Assembly (NCBI GenBank): GCA_964016885.1
Contig: OZ024740.1
Coordinates: 419,616,001-419,680,000 of the forward strand
DNA from: Eledone cirrhosa
Lineage: Eukaryota
DNA: 64,000 nt
Direction of reading: 5' to 3'
Within the stretch, counting starts at the first letter, position 1, and each line of letters begins with the position of its first letter. A model generated the notes under the pieces. That model was not told the DNA's origin and made no database searches. It worked only from the letters and a program-made list of their open reading frames with translations. Made by a program: the position numbers and the translations under genes. This document shows positions 38,756 to 52,818 of the stretch, in pieces.

Positions 38756-39205
38756 TATTTACTATTATATTTTCAAGGTAAAGGCTTTACCTCACATAAT
38801 TATCTCACATAATATCGAATCTATGAGAGTTTGATGGTATTTATTTTGAGAACAATAACTTAACATCAGTATGAGTGGCCAGTTACAGTTGGTCTGAATA
38901 GAAAGAAGTGAGAGAATTCTGGCCGGATACGGCTGGTTTAAATGTTAAAGAGTTAAGTAAGAAAAGAGATAGTTTTATATATCCAACTTCAGTTTACTAT
39001 CTGACATCACACCTGAGAGTTTATCTCTTCTCTTCTTAGTAAATTTGTTATAAAACCTCCAAATATAAATTAACTGTTACTTCTTCACAACCTTTCACTT
39101 GTGAACATTCTCCTCTTTATTACACATCATTATTTTGGCATCAATTTTTCTACACTATCACAGGTTAGATAGATCTAATATGTAGCAGATCACATTTAAT
39201 TCATA

Positions 39206-39455
39206 CCCTCTTTCTCTTTCTCTCTCACTCACTCACTCACTCACTCACTCACTCACTCACTCACTCACTCACTCACTCACTCACTCACTCACTCACTCAC
39301 TCACTCACTCACTCACTCACTCTCTCATACACACTGTCTCTCACTCTCTCTCTATCTCTCACTCACTCTCCCATACACACTCACTTTCTCTCTCATACAC
39401 ACTGTCTCTCACTCTGTCTCTCTCTCTCTCATCTCTCTCTCTCTCTCTCTCTCAT
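39206..39455. repeat. (CACT)n and (CT)n microsatellite
   Basis: Direct reading. Confidence 0.95.
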
Positions 39456-39540
39456 ATCTAGCTCTCAATGATAAAATCTGCGATTCCTCAAAGCTTGATA
39501 TGTTTATTTGAATTAAAACCAAGTGATAAAAATCCTGACA

Positions 39541-41520
39541 TTATTATTATTGTTGTTGTTGCGTTTTTCCTCTTCCTTCAATTTTATTGCCATTTTTTAC
39601 AGTGCCTTCCCGACACCTAGGGCAGAGAAACTCACTGTATACATTGATAAGCCACAAAAATAAACACACCAGATTGTTAAAATCACACACTTTACACAGT
39701 TACAAGTAATATAATTTCTCTGTTTAAAATCATATTTACAACAGAATGATATTCAATCATATAAGAGTGTTCAGTTATTTACAACTCAGATAATTATGGA
39801 ATATAACCAAATAAAGCTATGTAAAAAAATTACATAGATGATTATCTTTCTCACAGTGATAGTACTCTTCTCAATATGTAAAACAATTTTTCTGCACTTC
39901 TTGCATTGATGCTAAGCCAGGGATCATTATAAAATAATTTACTGTTCCTTTTTTATCATTCCTAGTGTTCCTATAATCACTGGTATTGTTACCACCTTTA
40001 GATGCCACATTTTTCAATTTCAATCTGCAAATCTTTATATTTTCTGAGCTTGCCAAATTCTTTTGCCACAATATTGTGATCACATGGGATATCAATCAAT
40101 AAACAGACGTTATTTTGGTCTTTCACAATAATAATCAGTCTGTTAGCTTTGATGGTTTTGTCTGTATGTACACGAAAGTTTCAAAGAATCATTATATTTT
40201 CTCTCTTAATTACAGCCTCAGGGTAATGCTTATATCCACTTGTCAGCAGTTTTGATTTTATAATGCTGACATATTAACCAGTGTAGATACTGACTGACAA
40301 CTCTGTCATGCTTTGGTTTATACTGTACTGACAATAAAACTTCACATTCAGAGATTACGTGGCCCACTGTTTCAATTCCATCATTGCAGAATCGGCAATT
40401 TGGATCTATTATTCTCATTACATTGGCTTGATAGTTCCTAGTTAATAAGATTTGGTCTTGAGCAGCTACGATGAAGACTTTACTTTCTACCTTTAGCTCT
40501 GAGCTATGTAGCCACTGATGGGTGTGTTTAGGGTCAACATCAGCTTGTTTGCTACGGGTCACATATTTTCCAGGCAAAGAATTTTGTTCCCACCTCAATG
40601 TTAACTGTTCATGCCCTAGTTTCTTAGCTATTAATTTTACTTCCTTTGCAACAGTTCCCTCGGTCTGTCCAGCTTGGATATTAGTCATGAGATCAATAGC
40701 AACATTTTTGCTTTCTTTCAAGATCAAATGAAGTTTCTTACTCCACTCATGTTTTTCAGCATACAGTCATTTGTTGCTCCAAGATATTTGACCAGTCCAA
40801 TTATGGTGGGTTTGTAAGACAGGTCAAACTGGATCAAGCCTCTGTCTCCTTGAGTTTTGGAAAGGTAAAGATGATCCACATCTACCTTTAGGTGGTTCAT
40901 CTTATTACAAGTCAGAAACTTATGAATGTTTCTGTCTATTCTCTTTATTTCACTGATATTCCAGTTGAACACATTGGAGCTATAACTAACAACTGGAACT
41001 GCTAAGGAATTTATGACTAACACCTTGTTATGTGCATTTAGCTCAGATTTCAGAACTGCTCGTATTCTCCAATAATATTCCTTCTGTTTCTTCTCTTTCA
41101 TGTTTGTATGCTGAATGCCAGAGCCTTCATTTATACCTAGGTATTTATAAGTTTGTTCCTGCTCAAGTTCTTTTATAACTGCTTCATCATCCAGTTCAAC
41201 TGGATGATGAAGCAGTTATCAACTTCCCTTTCTTGAAAGTAGCCTTGGCACACTTATCAAACTCAAGCTCAAACTTCATCTGGATGTCATCACTGAAACC
41301 TTTCACAGTACATAAAAGACCTTCAAACTCATCATTGTGTTTGTCATATAGTTTTAGATCATCCATATAAAATAGATGGCTTATTTTCCAGTTGTCAATT
41401 TTATAATCATAACTTGTTCTGTTAAGTTTGATTGTAAGAGTTATACAAAATATTAGAGGTAAAAGTGAGTCACCTGGAAAATGCCACAGTTGATGTTAAT
41501 ATTGTTTGAACTCCTTTTTC
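39541..41520 (-). mobile_element. 5'-truncated R4/Dong-clade retrotransposon (RT, CCHC, restriction-like endonuclease) between (TTA)n tracts
   Basis: ISHLFYMDDLKLY, KYLGI, NKVLVINSLAVPVVSYS, LYLSKTQGDRGL, CRFC...ETVGHVISEC, TDKTIKANR; (TTA)n at ~39541 and ~41553-41590. Confidence 0.85.
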
Positions 41521-41592
41521 GTGTTCCACTCTGATACATTATATTTCTTCTTTTTATTATTTTGACTATTATTATTATTATTATTATTAATT

Positions 41593-41785
41593 GGGTAGTG
41601 GATTGGCAGTATCGTTAGAGAGCCAGGTACCATGCTTTGCTGCATAAAGTTACAGTCCTTTATATTCTGAGTTCAAATCCCGCCGAGGTTAACTTTGCCT
41701 TTCATCCTTGCAGGGTTGATAAAATAAAGTACCAGTAATGCACTGGGATAGTTGCTGGCCTTGTGTCAATAGTAGAAACAATTAT
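41593..41785 (+). mobile_element. tRNA-headed SINE (Meta-domain-like family)
   Basis: Same consensus as 14498. Confidence 0.85.
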
Positions 41786-42429
41786 TACTAGATCAGGACA
41801 ATGTCCTCTCCCTTTCTCTCTTTCTCTCTCTCTCTAAACAAATAACGTTCCTTTTCTCTCTCTTTCTATATACATATCTCTTGCTTGGCTCTCCTCCTCT
41901 CTATATAAAGTGAGCATGACAGGTGGATAGACAGACAGACAGACAGCACTCTTCTTATTATATAGATTATTATTGTTATTATTATTAACTTTGCCTTTCA
42001 TCCTTACGGGGTCGATAAAATAAAGTACCAGTAATGCACTGGGTTATTGCTGGCCTTGTGCCAAAAGTAGAAACAATTATTATGTAATATCAGATTATTC
42101 AATTCATACTCAATAAAGCTTCAATGATTACATTGACATAAGTTTTAATATTTTGGATTTACAATTTCCACTTTAGATTTGATAAGGGAATCCATTAGGA
42201 GCCATGTCATCATCACCATTTTACGTCCAATCTTCCACGCTAGCATGGGTTAGACAGGTTGTCCTGTTGTGGGCAGTGTCCAGTTGGCTGACTTTGTCTT
42301 GCTCATACGGGAACTGATTCTGGCTTGATTTCTACAGCTGGATGCTCTAAGAATATGTTGTTGTCAGTCATTTTGACCCTTTAAATACACAAACATATAT
42401 ATTATTAGATTCACTTTTATTTCTGTATA

Positions 42430-42813
42430 GTTGTTTCTACTTTTGGCACAAGGCCAGCAATTATCCCAGTGCATTACTGGTACTTTATTTTATCGACCCC
42501 ATAAGGATGAAAGGCGAAGTTAACCTCGATGGGATTTGAACTCAGACCATAAAGGGGCGTAACTCTATGCTGGAAAGCATGGCATCCGACCCTCTACCGA
42601 TACTGCCGTGTGTAGGTTAAACATGTATAATAATTGTTTCTACTTTTGATACAAGGCCAGCAATTATTCCAGTACATTACTGGTACTTTATTTTATTAAC
42701 CCCGTAAGGATGAAAGGCGAAGCTGACCTCGATGGGATTTGAACTCCGACCGTAAAGGGACGTAACTCTATGCTGCAAACCATGGTGTCCGATCCTCTAC
42801 CGATACTGCCAAT
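42430..42813 (-). mobile_element. Two tandem SINEs (Meta-domain-like family)
   Basis: Reverse complements of the family consensus at 42430-42607 and 42630-42813. Confidence 0.85.
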
Positions 42814-42972
42814 GGAAGACAAATATATAATACTATTAGTGATTAACAGTAATAAAGAAGGGAATTTATTATCAGATGTGTTTTAATCCATTTGATAACC
42901 TTTTCAACCCTACCCTTCATCCTATCTTACCATCCAGCCTGGAATTACCCATATTAAACTGTTTGTATTTAA

Positions 42973-43235
42973 ATTAGTGTGTTGGACTTATGATCATAAT
43001 GTCTTGGGTTCAATTCCTGGACTGGGTTGTGTGTTGTGTTCTTGAGTAAAACACTTCATTTCATGTTGCTCCAGTATACTCAGTTCAAAATGTGTACCAG
43101 CAATAGCTGAAGGGGAGGGGTTAACCCTGTGATGGACTGGTATCCTGTCCAGGTGAAAGTCTTGTACTCTCAATCACTTCATGCTACCGGCACCAAGATA
43201 AGCACCGACCTGATGAGCCTCCAGACTTTAGACTT
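42973..43235 (+). mobile_element. tRNA-headed SINE with CORE-like and Nin/Deu-like domains
   Basis: ggttcaattcc; aaccctgtgatggactggtatcctgtccagg; tail cctgatgagcc...agacttta; relatives at 27245-27612(-) and ~33150-33280. Confidence 0.65.
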
Positions 43236-43387
43236 AGATTTAAATTAAAGATACTGTCCAAAGTCTTATTACATGATTGGTTAACAATACAACATTTCAG
43301 GAGATAAAATAAAAGTTTCATCATAGATTTTATATAAGAGATTTATTTATTAAAGTTAAATTTCAAATATCAGCTTAATACACCAAT

Positions 43388-43632
43388 ATATGTGGGTGGG
43401 TGTATATGTGTGGATGTACATATGTGTGTGTGCGTGTATATGTGTATTTATGTGTGTATATTTATTTATGTATATATATAAATATGTGTGTGTGTATATA
43501 TGTGTATGTGTGTATATATATGTGTATGTGTATATATGTGTGTATGTGTACATATGTGTGTATATATATATGTGTGTGTGTATATATATATATGTGTGTG
43601 TGTGTATATATGTATATATATATATGTGTGTG
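43388..43632. repeat. (TG/TA)n microsatellite
   Basis: Direct reading. Confidence 0.95.
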
Positions 43633-44020
43633 TACAACTGATTCTCTTAATTACATAGTCTTGGTGACTGAAATTGCCAAGCAATTAACTAAATTAATAT
43701 ATTAGGTAATAACTTCCAAGATATCGATATACAACCCTAGCATAGAAAAATAGACATTAAATGGTGATGTTGATGATGATATGCTGAAAAGTTCATAGGC
43801 TGACCAAGATACTCTCATGGAATGACCAAATGATGTTTATTTTTCAACATAGTCCCTGGAAAGAAACAATGTAATTAATATAAGCGTTGAAATTAACGCG
43901 AGATTTCACAGCTCTAGCATCACTCCTTTATAGTCAGCCTATAAAGTTTTTAGCCCAAACTTGTATTGTTAGTAGTAAGGTATTGTGATTATGTTAATAC
44001 ATATATGGACTACATATAAA

Positions 44021-44241
44021 ATGATTTCTAGTATAGGCGCAAGGCCAGCAATTTGAAGGGGAGGGGAAAGTCAATTAAATCGACTCCAGTATATTACTGG
44101 GGGTGCTTTATTTTATCGATCCCGTAAGGATGAAAGGCAAAGCTAACCTCGGCAGGATTTGAACTCAGAACGTAAAGGGCTATAACTCTATGCCACAAAG
44201 CATGGTGTCTGGTACTCTACTGATATTGCCAATCCACCACC
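44021..44241 (-). mobile_element. SINE (Meta-domain-like family) with TSD
   Basis: gactacatataaaat / gactacatatgaaat flank the copy. Confidence 0.8.
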
Positions 44242-44479
44242 CTTTGACTACATATGAAATAGTAATAAAATACTTTGTTTTTGTGTTTGTTTTGGAAGAT
44301 TTCTTATCTGAAAATGTGTGTTGAAACAGATATTGTTATACATTGGGAGGGCCATGCTGAAAAATATATTACAGTATTTAAAACAATATAATATTGCACC
44401 TGAATTTGAACATCAAACCATAATTAGTGTGTTTTCCCTGCTTTTTCTCCACCAGTCTCAGAAGTTATTCCAAAACGTT

Positions 44480-45160
44480 GTTAGCAATTCATCCCCTCTC
44501 TTGTCTCAACCATAAAAAAAGTTTTTTATCATGTCACCTTTACATATCTTGTACCCTGGATAAGATCAACCTTTACAAAAATATAATCAAGATCTACCTC
44601 CAATATAGTCACTAAATATGAAAACGTTATAAAAGAAATTCAAACATTATTTACCAGCTTGTAGAAGTGACTGATGTTATATATTTATAGCAACCAACTG
44701 TATACACAAATGTTGTGATGCCTGGCTGTTGTAGTGTTATCTAATTTGATATGATGTTGCACTTGTTCTTAAGAACAAGCTAATAATAATGATAATAATT
44801 TAAAAACCTTTCAAAGACATTAACTGTTGTTTGTGCCCTTGTGGCATTATGTTTTATTACAATTGATTGTAAAATGTGCGTATTATCAAATTTTGCCTCG
44901 AGTGTTAGGTTGACACGATTTGGGAATGAAGCAGAATTCAAAGGAAGTTTCAAAGAATGATAATTAATAATAATAATGTGTCAAAGAGTAATGTCAAGAA
45001 ACAATAAAATAATTACCTGTCAAACTTCAGAATCCCTGAAGGGTAACATAAGACCAAACTCTCCATTTATATCTGGAATATCAAAGACAAATACTTACTC
45101 TGACTCAGCATAAAATGGAACATACTAGAAAAATACAGACCTTACCAGAGTGAAAAACCG
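44480..45160 (+). mobile_element. Highly decayed Penelope-like GIY-YIG fragment
   Basis: Remnants EGSFKE, TKLSIYIWNIKDK, SIKWNILEKYRPY. Confidence 0.4.
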
Positions 45161-45307
45161 CAAATATTGGATGTGGTCCATAAAAATGCCTATAAATGTC
45201 AAAATATAACATAAAATATAATTTTAAAGAAAGCGTCTTATGCAAAGGGGGGTTTAATAGGCCAGCAAATACAGTATATTGTTATTAATAATTTAGCGTA
45301 AAATATC

Positions 45308-45340
<33 letters not shown>

Positions 45341-45570
45341 TGCCATAATAAAAATCGTGGAAGATATATATGATTCCATGAATATGTGGTGGTTTCCACA
45401 AACAATTATTAGTTAGGTTCTAAAGCAAATTCTGCAAATAACTGGGACCATGAAGTCAAGAGTACACTGTATATATATTAAGAACAAAACTCTGCCACAG
45501 CATAGAGTGCTGATTTTGGTACCTTCCTCAGTAAACCACAAATCTACTGAACTACTTATATATCTATCTA

Positions 45571-45611
<41 letters not shown>

Positions 45612-46516
45612 TGTATAAACTTAGTCATATTTTTCAGTGACCATTTTTTAAAATTCTATATTTAGTTTTGTTCAGTGAAAAATTGTTCGTTTCAGAAAGT
45701 TATTTGTAGTTTTAATCAAAAAAGATTCTATTTTTATTTTCTTTAAAAAGTTAACAATAATTCTAAATAACAAATATATAACCAAACTTGGAAAATCTGT
45801 AGGTGTGTATAAGAAAGATTGTAGGAGTAAAAAACAATTTTTTTTTCAAATAAGAAAATTTGTTTCACTTAAATTATCAAAGCTAATTGATTCAGATAGC
45901 ATTGAAATCAATAGAAATATTATATTTACTGTATGCAAGTTTAAATAGTACTGGTTGAACCTTCTGGGCGTAGGTGGTGGCAAGAATTCCTGGTATTGAT
46001 AAAAATATATTTGCAAGTATCACCATTCCATTGACTAGAATTATTGACTTGATCATAAAGCTAATGTATCAGAACAGCATTACTCTGCTACTCACTCATT
46101 CTTGAATGCTTTTAATAAAACTCTGTTTTATTTGAATATCATATTAAAAGTAATGTCTAATTAATTTACTTCAGAAATTCAAGGTATTGTTATTAGTTTA
46201 ACCCTTTTAATACCAAACCACCTGGAACCACCCTGAGTTCTATAATACTACACTGTTTATTTAAAAGTTTTTATATTAATAAAAAAAAAGGCAGCGAATT
46301 GACAGAGTTGTTAGACTGTCGGATATAATGCTTTATGGTATTCCAGCTCTCTGCTCTCTCAGTTCAAATCCCACTGAGGTCAACTTTTCTTTTCATCCTT
46401 TCAAAGTCGATAAAAAAAAAGTACCAGTCTAGTACTGGGGTCAATTCTTCCTCTATATCTCTTTCTCATTTCCTCTCTCTCACTTTCTATCTTTCTCTGG
46501 AAGAAATCTGCTGTAC

Positions 46517-46671
46517 TCAGACCTGGAGAGGGATGGGCTCCACCAGGTCAGACCTGGAGAGGGATGGGCTCCACCAGGTCAGGCCTGGAGAGGGATGGGC
46601 TCCACCAGGTCAGGCCTGGAGAGGGATGGGCTCCACCAGGTCAGGCCTGGAGAGGGATGGGCTCCACCAGG
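46517..46671. repeat. 31-bp minisatellite x5
   Basis: tcag(a/g)cctggagagggatgggctccaccagg; single-copy homologue at ~12140-12172. Confidence 0.95.
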
Positions 46672-46919
46672 CTTAAAATGCCCAAGAAACACCATATGTC
46701 AATACAGCACCCCTACGACTCTATCGGGAGTTATGGGACCATATACACATATTAATTGAAATACTTTCCAACGTAATTTTATGTAATAAGATTTGTTAAG
46801 TTATAATAATGAGAAAGTTTTATTACTAAATCCTTCCAAATTCTTGATTATCAAATTCAACTTCATTATCATGCTCCACATTTTCTCCTTCATTATGTTG
46901 CTGTCATGACAAAAAAAAT

Positions 46920-47476
46920 CACTAAGTCCATTCTGGGGGCACAACAACAAAAACACCCAGTCCACTCTGTAAGGTGATCATGCTGATGACACTAGAGGCT
47001 CTTGGTCCACTATGTATAATGGTTGTGGGTGATATGAAAGGTGGGGAAGCACCCAGTCCACTCTGTAAGGTGGTCATGCTGATGACACAACAAAAAGCAT
47101 CCAACCCACCCTGTAAGGTGACACAATGAAAAAATGTCCAGTCATACCTGTAAGGTGATCGTGCTGGTGACAGTCAAAATCCATCAAGTTTATCCTGTTA
47201 AATGGTTGTTTTGCTGTTACAATAAAAAGCACCCAGTCCACCTTGTTAAATGATTTCTATGGTGCTATAATAAAAAGCACCTAGTCCACCCTGTAAAGTG
47301 GTTGACATTAGGAAGAGCATCCAGCCGTAGAAACCAAGCCAAAATACAGGTCTATATGAGCAAGTCATGATCAAAATACAGGTCTATATGAGCAAGTCAT
47401 GACTTGTTTCATAAAGTGACAACCTGTCTAACCCATGCTAGCGTGGAAAATATGGACGTAATTGATGATGATGATG
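46920..47476 (+). mobile_element. RTE 3' UTR fragment with expanded ~47-bp units
   Basis: Repeated cacccagtccac.ctgtaaggtg, then ggaagagcatccagccgtagaaac, aacccatgctagc and (GAT)n. Confidence 0.75.
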
Positions 47477-48126
47477 GTTCTAGATATCTAAAAGTGATGT
47501 CAATGTTCCTTTATTGACAACCTCACCTGTCTAATGTATATAACATTATTTATCTCAACATTTCAAAATATTGTATCAAAGATATGGGTCACTTTTAGCA
47601 GTCATAAAAGAAATACTTTAGATTTGTAATTAATGGGTAAAGGTTTCCCTAACAACTAGGTATATAACTGCATACTAAGATGAAAAAAAAACTGTAAAAC
47701 ACAGTCTAGTCGTTCTGGGGATGAAAGAATATGGAAATAAGTTTTACCAACAACTCTAGGCAAATAACTGAGTTACCAAGATGAAAAATGGTAAAAATAA
47801 AATATTCTGAAGATAAAAGAACTAATATGGAAATTTTTATCTCAATTTTGCTTATTTCTTTTTTTTTTACGTTTCCTCTCATATGATATGTCACTTTTTA
47901 TTTGATTTTCACGTTTATATGGCAAAAATCAATAAATATATTGGTGAAACTAGAAATACTACAAGACAATTGACAACAGAAGCATGTATTGAGTTAATAA
48001 ATCTGTGTGTATTATGTTTTAATAAATACTAATGTAGTCAAATCATGCATGTTTTCAATCAGTCTTTATTCTCTATTGTTAATTTGATAGTCTAGTAATA
48101 AAGATAAAATACACAATAATAATGTG

Positions 48127-48722
48127 TAATGGGTGTATAATTCCATGATAATCTATAATGGGTGTATAATTCCATGATAATCTATAATGGGTATATAATT
48201 CCATGATAATCTATAATGGGTATATAATTCCATGATAATCTATAATGGATATATAATTCTATGATAATCTATAATGGGTGTATAATTCTATGATAATCTA
48301 TAGTGGGTATATAATTCCATGATAATCTATAATGGGTATATAATTCCATGATAATCTATAATGGGTGTATAATTCTATGATAATCTATAGTGGGTATATA
48401 ATTCCATGATAATCTATAATGGGTATATAATTCCATGATAATCTATAATGGATATATAATTCTATGATAATCTATAATGGGTGTATAATTCTATGATAAT
48501 CTATAGTGGGTATATAATTCCATGATAATCTATAATGGGTATATAATTCTATGATAATCTATAATGGGTGTATAATTCCATGATAATCTATAATGGGTGT
48601 ATAATTCTATGATAATCTATAATGGGTGTATAATTCTATGATAATCTATAGTGGGTGTATAATTCTATGATAATCTATAGTGGGTGTATAATTCTATGAT
48701 AATCTATAGTGGGTGTATAATT
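48127..48722. repeat. 29-bp minisatellite, ~20 copies
   Basis: taatgggtgtataattccatgataatcta. Confidence 0.97.
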
Positions 48723-48745
48723 CTGCTTCACTCTTACTGACTCCA

Positions 48746-48864
48746 TTAATATAGTTTATATTTTAGTTAACTGTTTAATATAGTTTATATTTTAGTTAAC
48801 TGTTTAATATAGTTTATATTTTAGTTAACTGTTTAATATAGTTTATATTTTAGTTAACTGTTTA
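48746..48864. repeat. 29-bp tandem repeat x4
   Basis: ttaatatagtttatattttagttaactgt. Confidence 0.95.
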
Positions 48865-49748
48865 TCTTATTATAACTAAGTATTGGATTCCACTCTATGA
48901 TTTGTGTGGTTTTTAAGTTAACTACTAATTGTTAACTTAAATTTAGTTAAATGATGGTTAAACAAGTATAAACCCCCCCCCCCTCCTCTCAATGTTTAAT
49001 TAATTAAAATTACACTTGTAATGAAGTCAAGCAAAAGAAACAATTCCAAAATCCAATTTAACTGGAAATTGAATGTGGGTATGTGGAGTGGGGTGGACCT
49101 GATCTTTGGCAAGTATTGTAACAACTTCAGGCATGTTTTTAACTTATTGTATTTCTTGAGCAAGTCATAGCCTTAATTCTGCTCACCAGATGTTGGAATG
49201 ATTTGATGGATTTAAAGATTACTATATATCAATATCTAGGATATTGATTTGTTGAAAGTGAGCTTGTGTTTGGAGTGGAATGCTGGATACCCACAAAAGA
49301 GATGGAAAGATGGTTAGATGGCACATATACATGACTACTGAGGAAAGTGAAGATATATCTTGGAGGGAACACAGAACAAACAAGTCCTTATATGGCAACC
49401 TGAGTCTGATTACAGACATCAGAAAGGCTAGAAGATTTGGTCTGATAGATCACATATGGTAAAGAGATCAAGTAGAGGCATTACACCAGTTATTGCCATG
49501 GGAAGCCACATAGGGTAGAACAACATGAATCTTAGAAATAATTGTTTCTACTTTTGTCACAAGGCCAGCAATTATCCCAGTGTATTACTGGTACTTTATT
49601 TTATCGACCCTGTAAGGATGAAAGGCAAAGTTAAAATCGGCGGGATTTGAACTCAGAATGGCAAGGGCTGTGAGTTCAAATCCCGCTGTGAACTCATGGA
49701 AGCCATGCTGGATAGGGACAAATGGAGAAGTATAATTATCAACATTTT

Positions 49749-50130
49749 AGTCCACACTGTAATGTGGTCATGTAGGTGTCATGGCAAAAAGCATCCAGTA
49801 CACACTGTAATGTGGTCATGTAGGTGTCATGGCAAAAAGCACCCAGTACACACTGTAATGTGGTCATGTAGGTGTCACAACAAAAAGCACCCAGTACACA
49901 CTGTAATGTGGTCATGTAGGTGTCATGGCAAAAAGCACCTAGTACACACTGTAATGTGGTTGGTATTAGGAAGGGCATCCAGTTGCAGAAACCAAGACAA
50001 AATCAGTTGTGTGTGAGCAAAACATAGTCCTTTGACCTGGCTTGTCTCACAATTGGGCAGCTCATCTAACCCACGCTAGTGTGGAAAATGGATGTTAAAT
50101 AATGATAATGATGATGAAGATGATGATGAT
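49749..50130 (+). mobile_element. RTE 3' UTR fragment with 48-bp unit x4-5
   Basis: ccagtacacactgtaatgtggtcatgtaggtgtcatggcaaaaagcac; (GAT)n tail. Confidence 0.85.
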
Positions 50131-50935
50131 ATTCATCTGAATTAGCTTCTACATCCAAAAGTGCTTCTATATATATTTCTGTTGCTGTTTCAACAATTAT
50201 ATGACATTTTTATCTATCACATTATTTGATTGATTCCATGCTGTTGTCTTGGATTATGTACATGGTGGAATGAATGAGATTAATATAGTAAATATGCAAC
50301 ATAATGTCTCGAGTGTCTTGTAAAGAATGTGAGTGTGGAGGAATTCCACAAGATTACAGTCATTCCTGAAGGTTTGTATGTAATGATTGATGTAGAGTTA
50401 GAGTTCAATGAAAGAGGTTTCCAAGTATTACACCACTACTCTATAGTATGTTGTATTTCAGTCTTGTTTGTTGTTACATAGTTGAGATTGTTTGCCATAA
50501 GGTGGGTTTGTTTCTCAATGCTTTAAAAACTAAACTCATGCATTCAAATCCATCCACTCTCAGTCCACTACATGCTTTTGATGGTTTATCTATTCAACTG
50601 GTTCAAGAATATAAATATCTGAGTGGCTACACTGACTCTGAGTATGACATGTCCACCAGAATTAGTCAAGCATGGTGAGCAATAAATTCACTATTAAAAA
50701 TCTGGAAATATCTACAAAATACAAAGTTTTCAAAGCTTTGCTTAAAACCATCTTATAGTTCAGAATCCTGGACTCTCAGTATTGCTCGCTCAATGTAGTT
50801 AAAAGCAGTTCAAGAATTAATTATTTCATAGTTATTATGAATCCCTCACTTACCCTTATCATGACATAGTAATGTTGAGAATGAAGGGCTTCTCAGAAAG
50901 AACAAGAGACATGTATAGAGACAGAGATAGACTTG

Positions 50936-51316
50936 TTAACATTTTAACATTTACATTACTCTCTATCTACTATTATATTTTCATCGTAAGGGCGTGGATT
51001 GGCAGTATCGGTAGAGGGTCGGGCGCCATGCTTTGAAGCATAGAGTTACCTCCCTTTATGATCTGAGTTCAAATCCCGCCGAGGTTAACTTTGCCTTTCA
51101 TCCTTACGGGGTCGATAAAATAAAGTACCAGTAATGCACTGGGATAATTGCTGGCCTGGTGCCAAAAGTAGAAACAATTATATTTTCATCGTAAAGGCTT
51201 TATCTCACATAATATCGAATCTATGAGATTTTGATATTATCTATTTTTTTTTAGAACAATACCTTAACATCAGTATGAGTGACCGGTTACAGCTGGTTTA
51301 AATGCTAAAGGGTTAA
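50936..51316. mobile_element. TTAA MITE with SINE insertion (50990-51180)
   Basis: TSD attatattttcatcgtaa on both sides of the SINE; ends aaagggttaa. Confidence 0.8.
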
Positions 51317-51581
51317 ATACTTTTACATATAAAATCCGATCTGTACTAATCATGATAATCACCAAGTTCTTTAATATTAGTTTGATACTAGTATGTATTA
51401 AAGGAGCTTTAAGTTACATCCCATTGACTTTCTAAGGTTACACTGAACACCACTGAAAACTCAGTATAAAGGGATTTACAGCAGGAATACTTGATTGGTT
51501 TCCTCATTGTCTTCTCAGTTCCCACTGGAAGACTTCAAGACAACATTGCAAACAGATGAAACTGAGAGTGCTCCCTAATGT

Positions 51582-51876
51582 CTACAGCAATGTACTATAC
51601 TACTACTACATACAGCAGTGTACTATACTACTACTACTAGCAGTGTACTATACTACTACTACTACATACAGCAGTGGACTATACTACTACTACTACTACA
51701 TACAGCAGTGGACTATACTACTACATACAACAGTGTACTATACTACTACTACTACATACAGCAGTGTACTATACTACTACTACTACTACTACATACAGCA
51801 GTGGACTATACTACTACATACAACAGTGACCTGTACCATATTATACTACTACATACAGCAGTGGACTATACCATAT

Positions 51877-51966
<90 letters not shown>

Positions 51967-52106
51967 CACCACCATCACTACCATTACTGCTACCACCACC
52001 ACCACCACCATCACTACCATTACTGCTACCTCCACCACCACTACTATACCACCGCTACCACTACTACCACCACCACCACTACTACTACTACTACCACCAC
52101 TACTAC
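51582..52106. repeat. Compound repeat: tacatacagcagtg(t/g)actatac units grading into (TAC)n/(CAC)n
   Basis: Direct reading. Confidence 0.95.
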
Positions 52107-52818
52107 TCTCACTATAGAATTAGTTAGAAACGTGTTTTGCTGATATCTGGAAAAGAAATGAAAGTCACTGTAATTAACTGCATCATACTGGTTAATAATA
52201 TATCATGGTTAATAGAATAATATCTCACATAGAAACCTTTTATCCTGCTTCCTTATTAATATGTTATAATTGTAAATGGTCTTTTATGGAAAATTCAATT
52301 GACAAATTAATTTCTGGGTTTCAGTTTTCAGTTTTTTCTCTGAAATTAAGTTTTTTGTTTTGTTTTTCGGCGTATATATATATATTTTTTTTAAGGAAAA
52401 AAGACAGGCTAAAAATGTTTATCCACATTCATCACTTTTCTAGGGGAAAAGAAAAAAAAATGTCTACTTAAGCTTTATTATTTTAAAGGGTCTGACGCCA
52501 TGCTTTGCAGCAAAGAGTTACGGCCCTTTACAGTCTGAGTTCAAATCCCGCCGAGGTTAACTTTGACTTTCTTCCTTACGGGGGTCGATAAAATAAAGTA
52601 CCAGTAATACACTGGGATAATTGCTGGCCTTGTGCCAAAAGTAGAAACATTTATTTCAAAGGGCCTGTGTTCCCTGTTATTTCCCTGGTATTTAATTATC
52701 TTTGTAAATATATTTACATTGAAAATATTTATTAAAACAGATTTATTTATAAACATTTCTGATAACCAAAGTAGGAATCATCAAAACACCAGTTTTAACA
52801 ATTTTCAGCATCTCTAGT

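Noticed and set aside
43178-43235. cctgatgagcc in SINE tails (also ~27383 minus and ~33241) as hammerheads
   Set aside because: No downstream GAAA/NUH with closing helices; fits a SINE 3' tail
51556-52143. Tyr/His/Thr or Leu/Pro-rich ORFs
   Set aside because: Trinucleotide and compound repeat
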